In this document: positions 9,089 to 20,129 of the stretch, one piece after another
How positions within the stretch are numbered: position 1 is the first letter of the stretch
Layout: each line of letters starts with the position of its first letter
Source of the DNA: Thermoproteota archaeon
GTDB lineage: Archaea; Thermoproteota; Thermoprotei; Thermofilales; B9-G17
Length of the DNA: 64,000 nucleotides
Assembly: GCA_029258885.1 (NCBI GenBank)
Contig: JAPDJW010000009.1
Location: 1-64,000, forward strand
Reading direction: 5' to 3'
Program-made: the position numbers and the translations under genes
Notes under the pieces: model-generated
Database searches by the model: none
What the model saw: only the letters and a program-made list of their open reading frames with translations
Told to the model about the DNA's origin: nothing

Positions 9089-11030
9089 CCCTCTTAGGAG
9101 CTATAGCGTCAGCAGGACATACCTGTGCACAAACACCACATCCGACACATTTATCCTCATTAATCGAAACCTTCCTCCTTTCCTCGTTAAACTCCAGTGC
9201 TGGACAGCCTAAGCTAACTATACAGTATCTACATCCGGTACACCTATCCCAATTAACTATATAGGGCGTAGGCTTAACCCCCTTCCTCCTCCACTCCCTA
9301 GCCTCCTGGATAATACATGGTCTCCTAAAAACTAGAACAGCTGGCTTACCCTCCGACCTAATATATTCTATAGCCTTAACAACCTCGTCAACGGAAGCCT
9401 TAACATCATAAGGATCAACCGTTCTAACATAATCCACGCCAATAGCCTTAGCTAGCTCCTCGGGATAAAACCTCCTAGCAGGCTCACGCATAGCGTTTAC
9501 TCCAGTTGATGGATTAGGTTGAAGCCCCGTCATAGCAGTCCACCTATTATCGAAAACAGCCACCAGTATCTTGGAGCCATTATATACGGCGTTAACTAGT
9601 GCTGGAAGCCCGGCGTGGAAGAACGTTGAATCGCCTATAACAGCTATAACTACGTCATCGACGCGGCTCTTAGAGAAGCCGTGGGCCATAGCAATACTAG
9701 CACCCATACAGATACATGTATCTATAGCCTCAAGAGGCGGATGAACGCCCTGATTATAGCAGCCTCTATCGCCCGTAACTATAGCCTTCAAACCAAGGGA
9801 TTTAACGGCCTGCTTAATGGAGTAGTAGGATGCCCTATGGGGACATCCGGGGCAGAGGTAGGGTATCCTCCTAATAACTAGATCACTTAAATTATTTACG
9901 GGAGCACCGCCGTTACTTAGGGCAGACATCTCAACTTCCCTATAGCAGCCAGTGATTCTAGCTATAGCCCTAGCAACAATTCCTGTATTAAGCTCCCCCT
10001 CAAAGGGTATGTGTCCACTGTACTTGCCGAAGATCCTAACCCTAGCTCCTACATCGTATGCAATAGATTTAACCTCATTCTCTAGAAATGGATCAACTTC
10101 CTCAAGCACTAGTACCCTGCTGTGATCCGAGAGAAACTTTGAGATAAGCTCCCTCGGTGGAGGTAGATGCCATGCAAGCTTCAGGAAAGAAACTTTATCC
10201 CTTAAACCAAGCATTTCAACTGCTTCCCAGGCATAGGCGAATGAGAGGCCTACAGCTATTACTCCCAGCTCGGCGTTATCGCTATAAATAACCTTATTGA
10301 GGGGAAACTCCTCAGCAATCTTAACAGCATCATAGTAAAACTTCCTATTTAACAGCGGAAGTCTTCTTCTAACTTTAGAAGCAATCATAACATATCTTTC
10401 CTTATCAGGCTTAAAGAATCCCTTGAACGTACCGCCCGGAACATCTCCAAGCTCAACAACGCCCCTGCTATGACATATCCTGAGGGTAGCGCGAACAACA
10501 ACTGGAAGCTCAAGTCTTCTGGAGACATCTGCAGCCAGCTTAACGATATCCTTAGCCTCCTGAATAGTTGAAGGCTCAACCATAGGACTTTTAGCAACTC
10601 TAGCCAGAAACCTAGTATCCTGAGCATTCTGTGAAGCGTAGGGATGAACATCATCACCAGTAACTATCAGTAGAGGAGCATTAACACCCGTCTCTGAGGC
10701 GACGATCCATGGATCCATTATCCAGTTTAAACCCAGATGCTTACATACGAAAGCCGAGCCAACGCCAGCTAGAGAGGAGGCGTACGCAACTTCAAACCCC
10801 ACCTTCTCGTTAACGCTCCACTCAACGTAGAGTCCGTATTGCCTAGCAATTGATGCAAGCTCGTCAACTATCTCCGACGCAGGCGTACCGGGGTATCCAG
10901 TTATAAACTTAATGCCGGATTCGAGGATACCTCTAGCAATGGCTTCATCGCCCGTTAGAAGTACCCTTTCGCCCTTACTGCCGGCTATGTTTGACAAAAT
11001 ATCACCAAATATATGTGTAATTGTAATCAT
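9081..11030 (-). CDS. iorA: Indolepyruvate:ferredoxin oxidoreductase alpha subunit
   Basis: GYPGTP, NEKVG, CPGCPH, GDSTFFHAG TPP motif, two C-terminal 4Fe-4S motifs (CTGCRYC, CVGCGVC). Confidence 0.95.
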   Translation of the reverse strand: MITITHIFGDILSNIAGSKGERVLLTGDEAIARGILESGIKFITGYPGTPASEIVDELASIARQYGLYVEWSVNEKVGFEVAYASSLAGVGSAFVCKHLGLNWIMDPWIVASETGVNAPLLIVTGDDVHPYASQNAQDTRFLARVAKSPMVEPSTIQEAKDIVKLAADVSRRLELPVVVRATLRICHSRGVVELGDVPGGTFKGFFKPDKERYVMIASKVRRRLPLLNRKFYYDAVKIAEEFPLNKVIYSDNAELGVIAVGLSFAYAWEAVEMLGLRDKVSFLKLAWHLPPPRELISKFLSDHSRVLVLEEVDPFLENEVKSIAYDVGARVRIFGKYSGHIPFEGELNTGIVARAIARITGCYREVEMSALSNGGAPVNNLSDLVIRRIPYLCPGCPHRASYYSIKQAVKSLGLKAIVTGDRGCYNQGVHPPLEAIDTCICMGASIAMAHGFSKSRVDDVVIAVIGDSTFFHAGLPALVNAVYNGSKILVAVFDNRWTAMTGLQPNPSTGVNAMREPARRFYPEELAKAIGVDYVRTVDPYDVKASVDEVVKAIEYIRSEGKPAVLVFRRPCIIQEAREWRRKGVKPTPYIVNWDRCTGCRYCIVSLGCPALEFNEERRKVSINEDKCVGCGVCAQVCPADAIAPKRGE

Positions 11031-11186
11031 ATAGGATCATTTAGATACTTAAGCTTTACGCCGAAAATCGATGAATTTTTCGACAATCGACGAAATACTT
11101 ATAGCTGTTACAAAAATATGTTAAAATTACATAATAATATCAGGCAAACTTTATATTTTTATGCATATTAAACATTATGTGGGAGC

Positions 11187-12509
11187 ATGGCGTTGAAGGG
11201 TTACTTATCGTTCCTTATAATTGCTATTCTATTCTTTGCCGTCGGCTTTGGAGCTGGATACTTCTACATGGTAAACGAGTATAATAAACTTAACTCCGAA
11301 TACCTAGAGCTGAAGGAAGAATATAACAGACTGCTTACGGGCAACTTCACCGAGCTACAGGAAGCCTACAATGAGCTTCTCCAGAACTATACTCAGCTCA
11401 AGTCTATCATCGAGGAAAAGAAGATCAAAGCAGCATGGATCTACGTAGGGCCTATAGGAGACTACGGATGGACCCATGCACACGATGTAGGGAGAAGGAT
11501 ATGTGAAGCAACTTTCCCATGGCTTGAAACAGCGTATGCCGAATCAGTTTCGGAGGCGGATGTTGAAAGGTATATTGATATGTTTATAAGCGAGGGATAT
11601 AATGTTATCTTTACTACAAGCTTCGGATTTATGACCGCAACGATAGAGGCTGGCGAAAAACATCCGGATGTAATATTTTTCCACTGTTCGGGATACATGA
11701 GGAGACCTAACGTTGGAACATACTTCGCAGAGTTCTACCAGCTATACTACCTAAACGGACTAATGGCTGGCGCGCTCACTAAAACAGGTAAAATAGGATA
11801 TATTGCAGCCCATCCAATACCCGAGGTCATTAGGCACATTAATGCCTTTACTCTCGGCGTAAGGGAGGTTAATCCTAATGCTACAGTTTATGTGCGATGG
11901 CTATTTAAATGGTATGATCCGGCGGGAGCTAGAGCTGCCGCAGAGGCTTTAATTAATGAGGGGTGTGACGTATTAGCTTTCACCGAGGATTCGCCGACCG
12001 TAGTGGAGGTTGGTGAGGAGTATACAAATAAGGGCAAGCCAGTATATACCTTCGCACACTATAGCCCAATGTATCAGTACGGGAAGAACTCATGTGTAAG
12101 CGGGCAGCTTGTCCACTGGGAGGTAATATACTTGGATATTTTATCCAAGATCTACACGGGGATCTACAATAGCACTAACCTTGAAAACGTCGACTACTGG
12201 TGGATGCTTAGAGAGGGCGCTGTCGAGCTTGGATGCGACTATGGAATGCCTATTAACCCCAAGTTTGTACCAATACTTAAATCGAAGTTCGTGATCGATC
12301 CGATACTCGGTAATGTCAGCGTATACGACCTGGTATTTATCAGGTTAAGGCAGATGAGCGAGGATACCGTAGTCTTCGATCCATTTACGGGGCCTATATA
12401 CGATCAAGACGGCAAATTGAAGATACCTCCGGGTGTAAGAGCATCGCATGATGATCTTTGGAACATGATGTGGTTCGTTCAGGGAGTAGTGGGGCAAATA
12501 CCCGGATAA
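11187..12509 (+). CDS. BMP family ABC transporter substrate-binding protein with N-terminal TM anchor and coiled coil
   Basis: AAWIYVGPIGDYGWT, IFTTSFGF and KIGYIAAHPIPEV BMP motifs. Confidence 0.9.
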   Translation: MALKGYLSFLIIAILFFAVGFGAGYFYMVNEYNKLNSEYLELKEEYNRLLTGNFTELQEAYNELLQNYTQLKSIIEEKKIKAAWIYVGPIGDYGWTHAHDVGRRICEATFPWLETAYAESVSEADVERYIDMFISEGYNVIFTTSFGFMTATIEAGEKHPDVIFFHCSGYMRRPNVGTYFAEFYQLYYLNGLMAGALTKTGKIGYIAAHPIPEVIRHINAFTLGVREVNPNATVYVRWLFKWYDPAGARAAAEALINEGCDVLAFTEDSPTVVEVGEEYTNKGKPVYTFAHYSPMYQYGKNSCVSGQLVHWEVIYLDILSKIYTGIYNSTNLENVDYWWMLREGAVELGCDYGMPINPKFVPILKSKFVIDPILGNVSVYDLVFIRLRQMSEDTVVFDPFTGPIYDQDGKLKIPPGVRASHDDLWNMMWFVQGVVGQIPG

Positions 12510-12523
12510 CCTCCGGTGTCTCC

Positions 12524-14038
12524 ATGCCTCTAGTTAAGCTTAAAAATATCACAAAATTTTTTCCACCCAATATTCTAGCTAACGATCATATCAACTTAGA
12601 GGTTAATGTAGGCGAGATACACGCTATTCTAGGTGAGAACGGGGCTGGAAAATCAACGTTGATGAAGATTCTCTATGGTATGCTTCAGCCGGATGAGGGC
12701 GAAATATATATTGATGGCAGGAAGGTGACGTTTAGGTCGCCGAGGGACGCTATGAAATACGGTATTAGAATGGTTCATCAGCATTTTATGCTTATAGAAA
12801 ACCACACTGTTGCCGAGAACATAGCGTTAGGAATGCGGACAAGTATAGTAAATCCACTTAAGGAGGTAAAAAGGAGAATTAGGGAGGTATCGGATAGCTA
12901 TGGGCTCAAGGTCGATCCAGACGACTATATTTGGCAGCTTTCAGCTGGCGAAAAGCAGAGGGTTGAGATACTTAGGGCATTAATTGATGACGTAAGGATA
13001 CTTATACTGGATGAGCCCACATCAATTCTAACGCCTAATGAAGTTGAGAAGCTGTTCGAAGTACTGAGGAGGATAAGGGATTCAGGAAAAACCATACTTT
13101 TCGTAACCCACAAGCTTAAGGAGGTATTTCAGATAAGCGATAGAGTCACAGTGCTTAGAAAAGGTAGAGTTATAGTAACTAAGGAGACGTCAGAGACCTG
13201 CGAGGAAGAGTTAGCTAGGCTTATGATAGGGGAAATAGTTGTCAATGGGATAAACTCCAATAAATCCAACTATTCCGGCAATGGAGTTGTGCTGGAGGTA
13301 GAGGATCTACACGTGTTAAATGATAAAGGAGTTACTGCAGTTAAGGGAGTTAATTTTAAGGTTAGATCCGGTGAAATAGTAGGTATCGCCGGGGTAGCTG
13401 GTAATGGACAGCGTGAATTAGTTGAGGCAATAGTAGGTTTGAGAAGGGCTGTAAGGGGGAGGATTAGGATATTGAATAGAGACGTAACTAAAGCAAGCGT
13501 ACTCGATCGTCTAAAGCTTGGCCTAGCACATATACCTGAAGATAGAATTGGCGCTGGAGTAGTGCCTAGATTAAGTATAGTTGATAACATTCTGCTAACT
13601 AGGTACTTCGAGAAGACATTTACCTTAAATAGTATTATCATTAACTACGGAAAGATTAGGGAAGCTACTCGGGAGGTAATTAGTAGATTTAACGTGAAGG
13701 CTTCAGATATATCTATGCCAGCATCCACTCTTTCAGGCGGAAATATACAGAAGTTGATAGTGGGGAGAGAATTATCTAAAAACCCAAAAATTATTGTAGC
13801 TGTACATCCAACATACGGACTCGATATAGCGGCTTCAAGCTATATCAGGAGAATGATAATAGATGCGGGAAACAAGGGTGCAGGCGTACTGCTTGTTTCC
13901 GAGGATTTAGATGAACTCATCGAGATATGCGATAGAATAATGGTTATGTTTGAGGGTAGGATAGTTGGGGAGTTCTCTAGGGAATCTTTTGAACCACATA
14001 CAATAGGCCTACTTATGGCTGGCATAGGAGGTGGTTAA
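12524..14038 (+). CDS. Nucleoside/sugar ABC transporter ATP-binding protein (two NBDs)
   Basis: GENGAGKS Walker A, LSAGEKQR and LSGGNIQK signatures; likely start MPLVKL at 12524. Confidence 0.93.
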   Translation: MPLVKLKNITKFFPPNILANDHINLEVNVGEIHAILGENGAGKSTLMKILYGMLQPDEGEIYIDGRKVTFRSPRDAMKYGIRMVHQHFMLIENHTVAENIALGMRTSIVNPLKEVKRRIREVSDSYGLKVDPDDYIWQLSAGEKQRVEILRALIDDVRILILDEPTSILTPNEVEKLFEVLRRIRDSGKTILFVTHKLKEVFQISDRVTVLRKGRVIVTKETSETCEEELARLMIGEIVVNGINSNKSNYSGNGVVLEVEDLHVLNDKGVTAVKGVNFKVRSGEIVGIAGVAGNGQRELVEAIVGLRRAVRGRIRILNRDVTKASVLDRLKLGLAHIPEDRIGAGVVPRLSIVDNILLTRYFEKTFTLNSIIINYGKIREATREVISRFNVKASDISMPASTLSGGNIQKLIVGRELSKNPKIIVAVHPTYGLDIAASSYIRRMIIDAGNKGAGVLLVSEDLDELIEICDRIMVMFEGRIVGEFSRESFEPHTIGLLMAGIGGG

Positions 14039-15095
14039 AATAAGAATCTATGTTAGGAGGCGCGTAAGGACAAGCTTAAAGGTGAAGATCGTATCTGCAT
14101 CCTTATCGACGTTAGCTGCAGTTGTAGCGATAGTACTAATGTTTCATGTTCTCGGGGTAGATCCACTGTATGCATTTAACAGGATATATATGGCATCGCT
14201 TGGAAGCTACTACGGTATATCGGAAACAATCACAAAATCAATACCTCTACTTCTCTGCGGCGTTGGCCTAGCAGTAGCCTACAAAGCTAAGGTCTGGAAC
14301 ATAGGAGCTGAAGGCCAGCTTCTAATGGGCGCAATTGTCTCGGGTGGATTAGCGCTATTCACTCCACTACCTCCTCAGCTAGCTATTCCAATAATATTCC
14401 TAGGTGGATTCATTGGTGGAGCATTGTGGGCACTTATACCTGCAGTACTTAAAGCTAAGTTTCAGGTAAATGAGGTTATAACGACTCTTATGATGAATTA
14501 TATCGCCGAGAGAATCCTGCTATATCTAGTCTACGGCCCATGGAGAGGCAAGGAGGTTTGGGGATTTCCGTTTACATCGAGAATACCATCATATGCTAGG
14601 CTACCAGTAGTACCTGGAACAAGGATACATTATCCAACCTTAATAATAGGTCTCGTATCAGCAGTCCTATTATTCTTCATGCTCAGTAGAACGACTATAG
14701 GCTTTAAAGTAAGGGTTATCGGCGAAAGTATCAGAGCTTCGAACTACGCTGGAATAGAATACTCTAAAATAGTTATCCTAGTAATGATTATAAGCGGCGG
14801 TCTCGCCGGGTTAGCTGGAGCAGGCGAAGTTGCTGGAATACAACACATGCTTAGAAAGGGTATATCACCTGGATACGGATTCACGGCAATAATTGTTGCA
14901 TGGCTTGGAAACCTCAATCCGCTTCTAGTAATAGCATCATCGCTTCTCATAGCATCTATCCTAGTCGGCGGAGACGCAATACAGATCTCAATAGGCTTAT
15001 CGAGTGCTTTCATAAACCTATTCAACGGAACTATCTTAGTCTTCCTGCTCCTAAACTACTTCCTTTCAGAATACGAGATAATCGTTAGGAGGTGA
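14031..15095 (+). CDS. ABC transporter permease (BPD_transp_2 type)
   Basis: WNIGAEGQ, NEVITTLMMNY and GYGFTAIIVAWLG motifs. Confidence 0.9.
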   Translation: MVKIRIYVRRRVRTSLKVKIVSASLSTLAAVVAIVLMFHVLGVDPLYAFNRIYMASLGSYYGISETITKSIPLLLCGVGLAVAYKAKVWNIGAEGQLLMGAIVSGGLALFTPLPPQLAIPIIFLGGFIGGALWALIPAVLKAKFQVNEVITTLMMNYIAERILLYLVYGPWRGKEVWGFPFTSRIPSYARLPVVPGTRIHYPTLIIGLVSAVLLFFMLSRTTIGFKVRVIGESIRASNYAGIEYSKIVILVMIISGGLAGLAGAGEVAGIQHMLRKGISPGYGFTAIIVAWLGNLNPLLVIASSLLIASILVGGDAIQISIGLSSAFINLFNGTILVFLLLNYFLSEYEIIVRR

Positions 15096-15099
15096 ACGA

Positions 15100-16014
15100 A
15101 TGGACGTTATCGTAGCTTTCCTAAGGACAATGATTAGGGCTGGCACACCCCTACTGCTAGCTACCCTCGGGGAAATATACACGGAGAGATCGGGAATTAT
15201 AAATCTCGGCCTCGAGGGAATGATGATTGTAGGGGCATCCGTAGCATATGTAGTTGCATATCATACAGGCAATCCAATATTAGGTATTCTAACGGCAATA
15301 TGTATTAGTGGAGCAATGGCTTTGATTCATGCATTTCTATCTATAACCCTTAGGTCAAACCAGATAATTAGCGGTTTAGCTTTAACGATGATAGGAGTAG
15401 GGCTAAGCAGCTACATAGGCAGGGACTACGTAGGTAAAGTTGGAGTAAAACTGCCTGAAATACCCATCTACCCACTATCAGCCATACCCTATATAGGCGA
15501 AATACTGTTCGAATACGATCCAATAGTATATGCATCCCTGATCCTAACCTTCATACTCTGGTTCACCCTGTACAGGACGAAAATAGGTATAATAGTAAGA
15601 TCGGTTGGTGAAAATCCTTCAGTAGCCGACTCTCAGGGAGTAAACGTGTATCTTGTAAGGTACATATGTACGATCCTAGGAGGCATGCTAGCAGGATTAA
15701 GCGGGGCATATCTATCCCTATCCTACGTTCCAGCATGGGTTGAAGGTATGACTGGAGGTAGAGGGTGGATAGCGATAGCATTAACAATATTCGCTATGTG
15801 GGATCCGTTAAAGGCTTTAATTGGAGCATATTTGTTCGGTGGAATAGAGGTGTTACAGTACAACCTACAGCCTATGGGAATTCCACCCAACATATTAGCT
15901 ATGACCCCATACATCCTAACTATAGTTACTTTGTTTATAGCCTCAAGAGAGAAACTGCGTAGAAGGATAGGGGCACCAGCGTGTCTAGGCCAGCCGTATA
16001 CAAGGGAAGCCTAA
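15100..16014 (+). CDS. ABC transporter permease (BPD_transp_2 type)
   Basis: ERSGIINLGLEG, VGENP and GRGWIAIA motifs. Confidence 0.9.
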   Translation: MDVIVAFLRTMIRAGTPLLLATLGEIYTERSGIINLGLEGMMIVGASVAYVVAYHTGNPILGILTAICISGAMALIHAFLSITLRSNQIISGLALTMIGVGLSSYIGRDYVGKVGVKLPEIPIYPLSAIPYIGEILFEYDPIVYASLILTFILWFTLYRTKIGIIVRSVGENPSVADSQGVNVYLVRYICTILGGMLAGLSGAYLSLSYVPAWVEGMTGGRGWIAIALTIFAMWDPLKALIGAYLFGGIEVLQYNLQPMGIPPNILAMTPYILTIVTLFIASREKLRRRIGAPACLGQPYTREA

Positions 16015-16016
16015 CT

Positions 16017-17255
16017 TTATTCATGCCTCAGAGTTTCAGGTGTCATGTATATTAGAGGAACTCTTAAGAATAAATCTACAGCTATGGCCAGGAGAAACGG
16101 CGACTGAGGACTGAGCATAGTCCAAAGATAGCCTCCGAGTACAGGCGCTGGAAGCCTAGTAAGAAACCTTATAAAGCTCCTGATGCTTGTCCATCTCCCC
16201 CTCATGTTCTCAGGAACAAGCTCCATTGTAAGTGCGCCGAAAGCAGAGCTAGTAGTCCTAAAAAGCCCCCTTAAAGCCCATGCGAGAATCAATAGATAAG
16301 GCTCCTTGAAATATAGAATCATGAGGGTCGATAGGTAGAAGAGAGGTCTCAGTAGAAGAATGGTTTTTACTCTACCTATTCTGTCGGCAAGCCTGCCTAT
16401 TGGGATTGACCCTAGAATAAGAGCCAGGTTAAGGGCGAAGCCCATCAGGCCTATGGTAATGGGGTCGGCTCCATCTATCTCTGAAATGTATATCATGTAG
16501 TAGGGCATGGTTGTGGACCATACGTAACCGCCCAGTATCTCTATTAAAACCCACCTTTGAAGCCAAGGTGTACTTCTTAGAAGATTAATTGCTGATGTGA
16601 ACCCATCCTTAAAGCTCATCTTCTCCTCAATTTTAACCTCCTCCCTAAACATGTGAATAAACGGTACTGCCATTAGGGCTAAGCCTGCTAGCTGAATTAC
16701 GTAAAGAGGCCTAATGCCCTCAATAGATATACCTCCATACATGCTAACAATTATACCCGCAATAATGGGGCTGGCTAGAGAGCTAACCTGAGTAACTGTG
16801 GAGGATACTCCCAAGCCCGTTGCTCTCAGATCCATTGGGAGGGAATCTGCAAGCGCTATGTTTCCTATAATCATAGTCCCAAGAGAGCTTGAGGAATATA
16901 CCATGGAGGCTAGCGCTGCAATGCATCCATTCCAAGCTACAGCATAAAGGAGAGCTCCAAGTATTTCCAGGAGAATTATAGCAATAAATGCCTTCCTCCT
17001 CCCCCTCACGTCGGCAAGCACCCCGAGAAAAGCCGAGGTAAATGCTGTAGCTAGCATGCCCATACTCCTAACAATACCTATCTGTATAACATTTAATCCA
17101 TGCGAAAAAAGGTATAGTGAGCCGTAATCCCTTGATAATCCATCAAAAAACGCATAGTAGCTACCCCTGAAAATCATAGCCCTAAAGTTTCTACTGGTTC
17201 TCTTCAGTATACTCGGTCTAGACTCTTTATTCATGGCCCTACAACCACTACCCAA
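16017..17255 (-). CDS. MFS transporter
   Basis: GVLADVRGRR and GRLADRIGR MFS loop motifs, ~12 TM segments. Confidence 0.88.
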   Translation of the reverse strand: MGSGCRAMNKESRPSILKRTSRNFRAMIFRGSYYAFFDGLSRDYGSLYLFSHGLNVIQIGIVRSMGMLATAFTSAFLGVLADVRGRRKAFIAIILLEILGALLYAVAWNGCIAALASMVYSSSSLGTMIIGNIALADSLPMDLRATGLGVSSTVTQVSSLASPIIAGIIVSMYGGISIEGIRPLYVIQLAGLALMAVPFIHMFREEVKIEEKMSFKDGFTSAINLLRSTPWLQRWVLIEILGGYVWSTTMPYYMIYISEIDGADPITIGLMGFALNLALILGSIPIGRLADRIGRVKTILLLRPLFYLSTLMILYFKEPYLLILAWALRGLFRTTSSAFGALTMELVPENMRGRWTSIRSFIRFLTRLPAPVLGGYLWTMLSPQSPFLLAIAVDLFLRVPLIYMTPETLRHE

Positions 17256-17359
17256 ACTTCCTCAAATAATACAAATGATGTCAAATAAGCTTTTACGCTA
17301 GTATACGATACCTAATAAGGCTTTTATATTAATAAAATTCAATGTAGAGCGGTGTTTAA

Positions 17360-17878
17360 ATGAGGTGGGTTACTAGAACCTGCCCCTACGTGGATAGGAC
17401 TGCTAGTGCCTGGCTGATAAAGAGGTTTATAGACAAGAATGCTGAGTTCGTATTCATAAAGTGGCCCAGAGAAAAGCCCGATCCATCTCTCGGAATACCC
17501 TTTGACATTAGGGGGGTGGAGCTAGGGCACAGGGACGGCAAGTGCACGTTTGAGGTCATAGTAGAGAAGTATAAGATAGTTGACCCGATAGTTAAGAAGA
17601 TAGCCGAGGTAGTGCACGCGGCCGATATAGAGGAGGATATAGATAAGTCTCCTCTAGCTAGGGGGATAAAGGCGATACTTAACGGATTAAGATACATGTA
17701 TAAAGACGACTACAAAGTACTGGAGGAGGGAATTAAGATATGGGATGCACTTTATGCACACTTTAAAATTCTAGAGATAATGGAGAGACGCTCCGAAGAA
17801 CTTAAAAGTATGGATAGAATAGGTAGGATTGCTTTCTTAAGAGATAGAGTATCTGAGGCCGTAGAAAGGATAAAGTAG
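17360..17878 (+). CDS. Chromate-resistance protein ChrB-like domain protein
   Basis: WVTR...DRTASAWLIKRFID...AEFVF and FD...H..G.CTFE motifs of the ChrB C-terminal domain. Confidence 0.8.
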   Translation: MRWVTRTCPYVDRTASAWLIKRFIDKNAEFVFIKWPREKPDPSLGIPFDIRGVELGHRDGKCTFEVIVEKYKIVDPIVKKIAEVVHAADIEEDIDKSPLARGIKAILNGLRYMYKDDYKVLEEGIKIWDALYAHFKILEIMERRSEELKSMDRIGRIAFLRDRVSEAVERIK

Positions 17879-17893
17879 CTTCTCGGTGTACCT

Positions 17894-19042
17894 ATGAATA
17901 CTAGAGGAACATTTTTACTACTCTGTATAATCGGCTTCTTCGCAATACTAAGTTCAACGATGTCTAAATCCCCGACACTACCCTTATTCGCAAGGAGTTT
18001 AGGGCTATCAGATATAGAAATAGGGTTTGTGGCTGCAGCTTCAACGATAGTCGGAATAGTTACTAACATAACGGCTGGAGCACTATCCGACATATATGGT
18101 CGCAGGAAGCTGTTAATAGCCAGTGGGATATTCTTTGCATCAGCTCCTTTCATGTACCTCCTCGTAAATAATTCAGCGCATCTAACACTAGTTAGAGCAT
18201 ACCACGGTCTAGCAACAGCAATATTTACTCCTGTATCAATAGCTGTAGTCGCAGACCTATACCGTGAGAGCAGGGGATTAAAAATGGGCCTGTATTCGTC
18301 ATCTACCTTAGTTGGAAGACTCGTAGCTCCATCCTTAGCTGGTATACTGATAGCATTTTCCGGCTTTAAGCTAGCATATATAGCCTGTGGTGTAAGTGGA
18401 GTAATAGCATTAGCATTAATATTAAGAATGCCAAATATGGGAGAAGGTCAGCAAAAGGTAGAGGTCGCTTCTCTCAGAGGAGTACTTCAAATACTGTCAG
18501 ATGTAAGGATACTTGTTGTAAGCCTAGTTCAAGCCGTGACGTACTATGCGATGCAGTCAATAGAAACTTTCCTACCTCTTCTATTAAGCGAGATGAGGAT
18601 TGAAGTATGGATTATCGGCCTCATACCGACGATTCAGGTGGGGATAATCGCTGCAACTAAGCCAGTAATGGGCACCTTATCCGATAAGGCTGGGAGAGTA
18701 AGATCTATGCTTTTAGGAATCCTCCTATCGGTAATGGGCATAGTAGCTCTATCAATGTCCTACAACGTAGACCTAATAATCGTATCAATAGCAATATTCT
18801 CGATCGGAGTATCGGCGATAACGGCATCAACAGCACCGCTTGTTTCTGAACTAACCCCTGGCGAAAGATATGGTTCTGCAATAGGAGTCATGGAGACAAT
18901 AAAAGACGTAGGTCAAGCATCAGGGCCAATAATATCAGGAATAGTATCGGCAATATTCGGGTATAAGATGGCTTTTGTGGCGGTATCACTTATTCTAGTT
19001 ACAGTAATAGCTCCCGTATCAATGCTCTTAAAAAGACGATAG
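17894..19042 (+). CDS. MFS transporter
   Basis: GALSDIYGRR and GTLSDKAGR motifs, ~12 TM segments. Confidence 0.9.
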   Translation: MNTRGTFLLLCIIGFFAILSSTMSKSPTLPLFARSLGLSDIEIGFVAAASTIVGIVTNITAGALSDIYGRRKLLIASGIFFASAPFMYLLVNNSAHLTLVRAYHGLATAIFTPVSIAVVADLYRESRGLKMGLYSSSTLVGRLVAPSLAGILIAFSGFKLAYIACGVSGVIALALILRMPNMGEGQQKVEVASLRGVLQILSDVRILVVSLVQAVTYYAMQSIETFLPLLLSEMRIEVWIIGLIPTIQVGIIAATKPVMGTLSDKAGRVRSMLLGILLSVMGIVALSMSYNVDLIIVSIAIFSIGVSAITASTAPLVSELTPGERYGSAIGVMETIKDVGQASGPIISGIVSAIFGYKMAFVAVSLILVTVIAPVSMLLKRR

Positions 19043-19205
19043 AAGCTGCATAAAATTATATCTTATATATTAAAAATTGAGCAGAAAGAGTAAAAATAAG
19101 CATGAAGTATGTGATTGTGTTGTAAAATAGATTAATATGTTCTATAAAATTGGCTAAAGAGGCTTTAACGATAAATTTATGTATAATTGACGAGTTTAGA
19201 AATCG

Positions 19206-20129
19206 ATGAATCCAGTAATAAATCTTGAAAATGTCTATAAAAGATTTGGAAGGGTTCAAGCGTTAAACGGCTTATCACTTCAGGTAAAGCCTGGGACAAT
19301 ATTCGGTCTCATAGGTCCGAATGGTGCAGGAAAGACTACAACTGTGAGGATTACGGCAGGGATAATTAGGTGCGATAGCGGGCTGGTAGAGGTCTTTGGC
19401 GAAAACCCATGGGATAACATAGAGGTTAAGAGCAGAATAGGGGTCTTACATGAGAGAGTATCGTATCCTAAAAACCTTAAGGTTCTGGACTTCCTTACTA
19501 GAGTAGCCAACATCTACGGAGTAAGCGATGCAGAGAAGAGGGCGCTTGAAGTACTCAAGTTAGTAGATCTAGTTAATGCCAAGAATAGGGCAATAAAGGG
19601 CTTATCTGCGGGAATGCTACAAAAGCTGGGTCTAGCACAGGCCATAGTGCACGATCCTGAGCTAGTTATAGCTGATGAACCGACAGCAAACTTGGATCCA
19701 CTAATGAGGAGGAAAGTGCTGGAGCTGATAAGGGATCTACATAGAGAGCTAGGCGTAACATTTGTGATATCATCACATATTCTCCCGGAGCTCGCACTGG
19801 TGTGTAGAGACGTAGCTTTTATTCACAAGGGAAGGGTATACTATCAGGGCGATATAAGCGATATATCCAGCAAGCTTGGAGGATATGTATATAGGATAAT
19901 ATGTGGCAAGGCGCCCCAAGTGGCTTCAATGCTTAAGGATAAGCTTAGAGTTAAGGATCTAGAATACGATGAGAGGCTTATCCGAGTATATTTTGATGAG
20001 GACCCCGGACCTAACTTGTTCATATGTATCGGCGAGATAGCTAAGGAAATCGGGGTTAGAGTTGAAAGTATTGAAAGTAGTGTAGTTGGTTTAGAGGAGC
20101 TATTTAGGAGGGCGGTTAGAAGTGGGTAG
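19206..20129 (+). CDS. ABC transporter ATP-binding protein (ABC-2/DRA type)
   Basis: GPNGAGKT, LSAGMLQK, IADEPT. Confidence 0.92.
   Translation: MNPVINLENVYKRFGRVQALNGLSLQVKPGTIFGLIGPNGAGKTTTVRITAGIIRCDSGLVEVFGENPWDNIEVKSRIGVLHERVSYPKNLKVLDFLTRVANIYGVSDAEKRALEVLKLVDLVNAKNRAIKGLSAGMLQKLGLAQAIVHDPELVIADEPTANLDPLMRRKVLELIRDLHRELGVTFVISSHILPELALVCRDVAFIHKGRVYYQGDISDISSKLGGYVYRIICGKAPQVASMLKDKLRVKDLEYDERLIRVYFDEDPGPNLFICIGEIAKEIGVRVESIESSVVGLEELFRRAVRSG

Noticed and set aside
11060-11100. Clustered TCGA half-sites and imperfect palindromes in the iorA/BMP divergent promoter
   Set aside because: Short and imperfect; cannot be distinguished from chance without comparative data.
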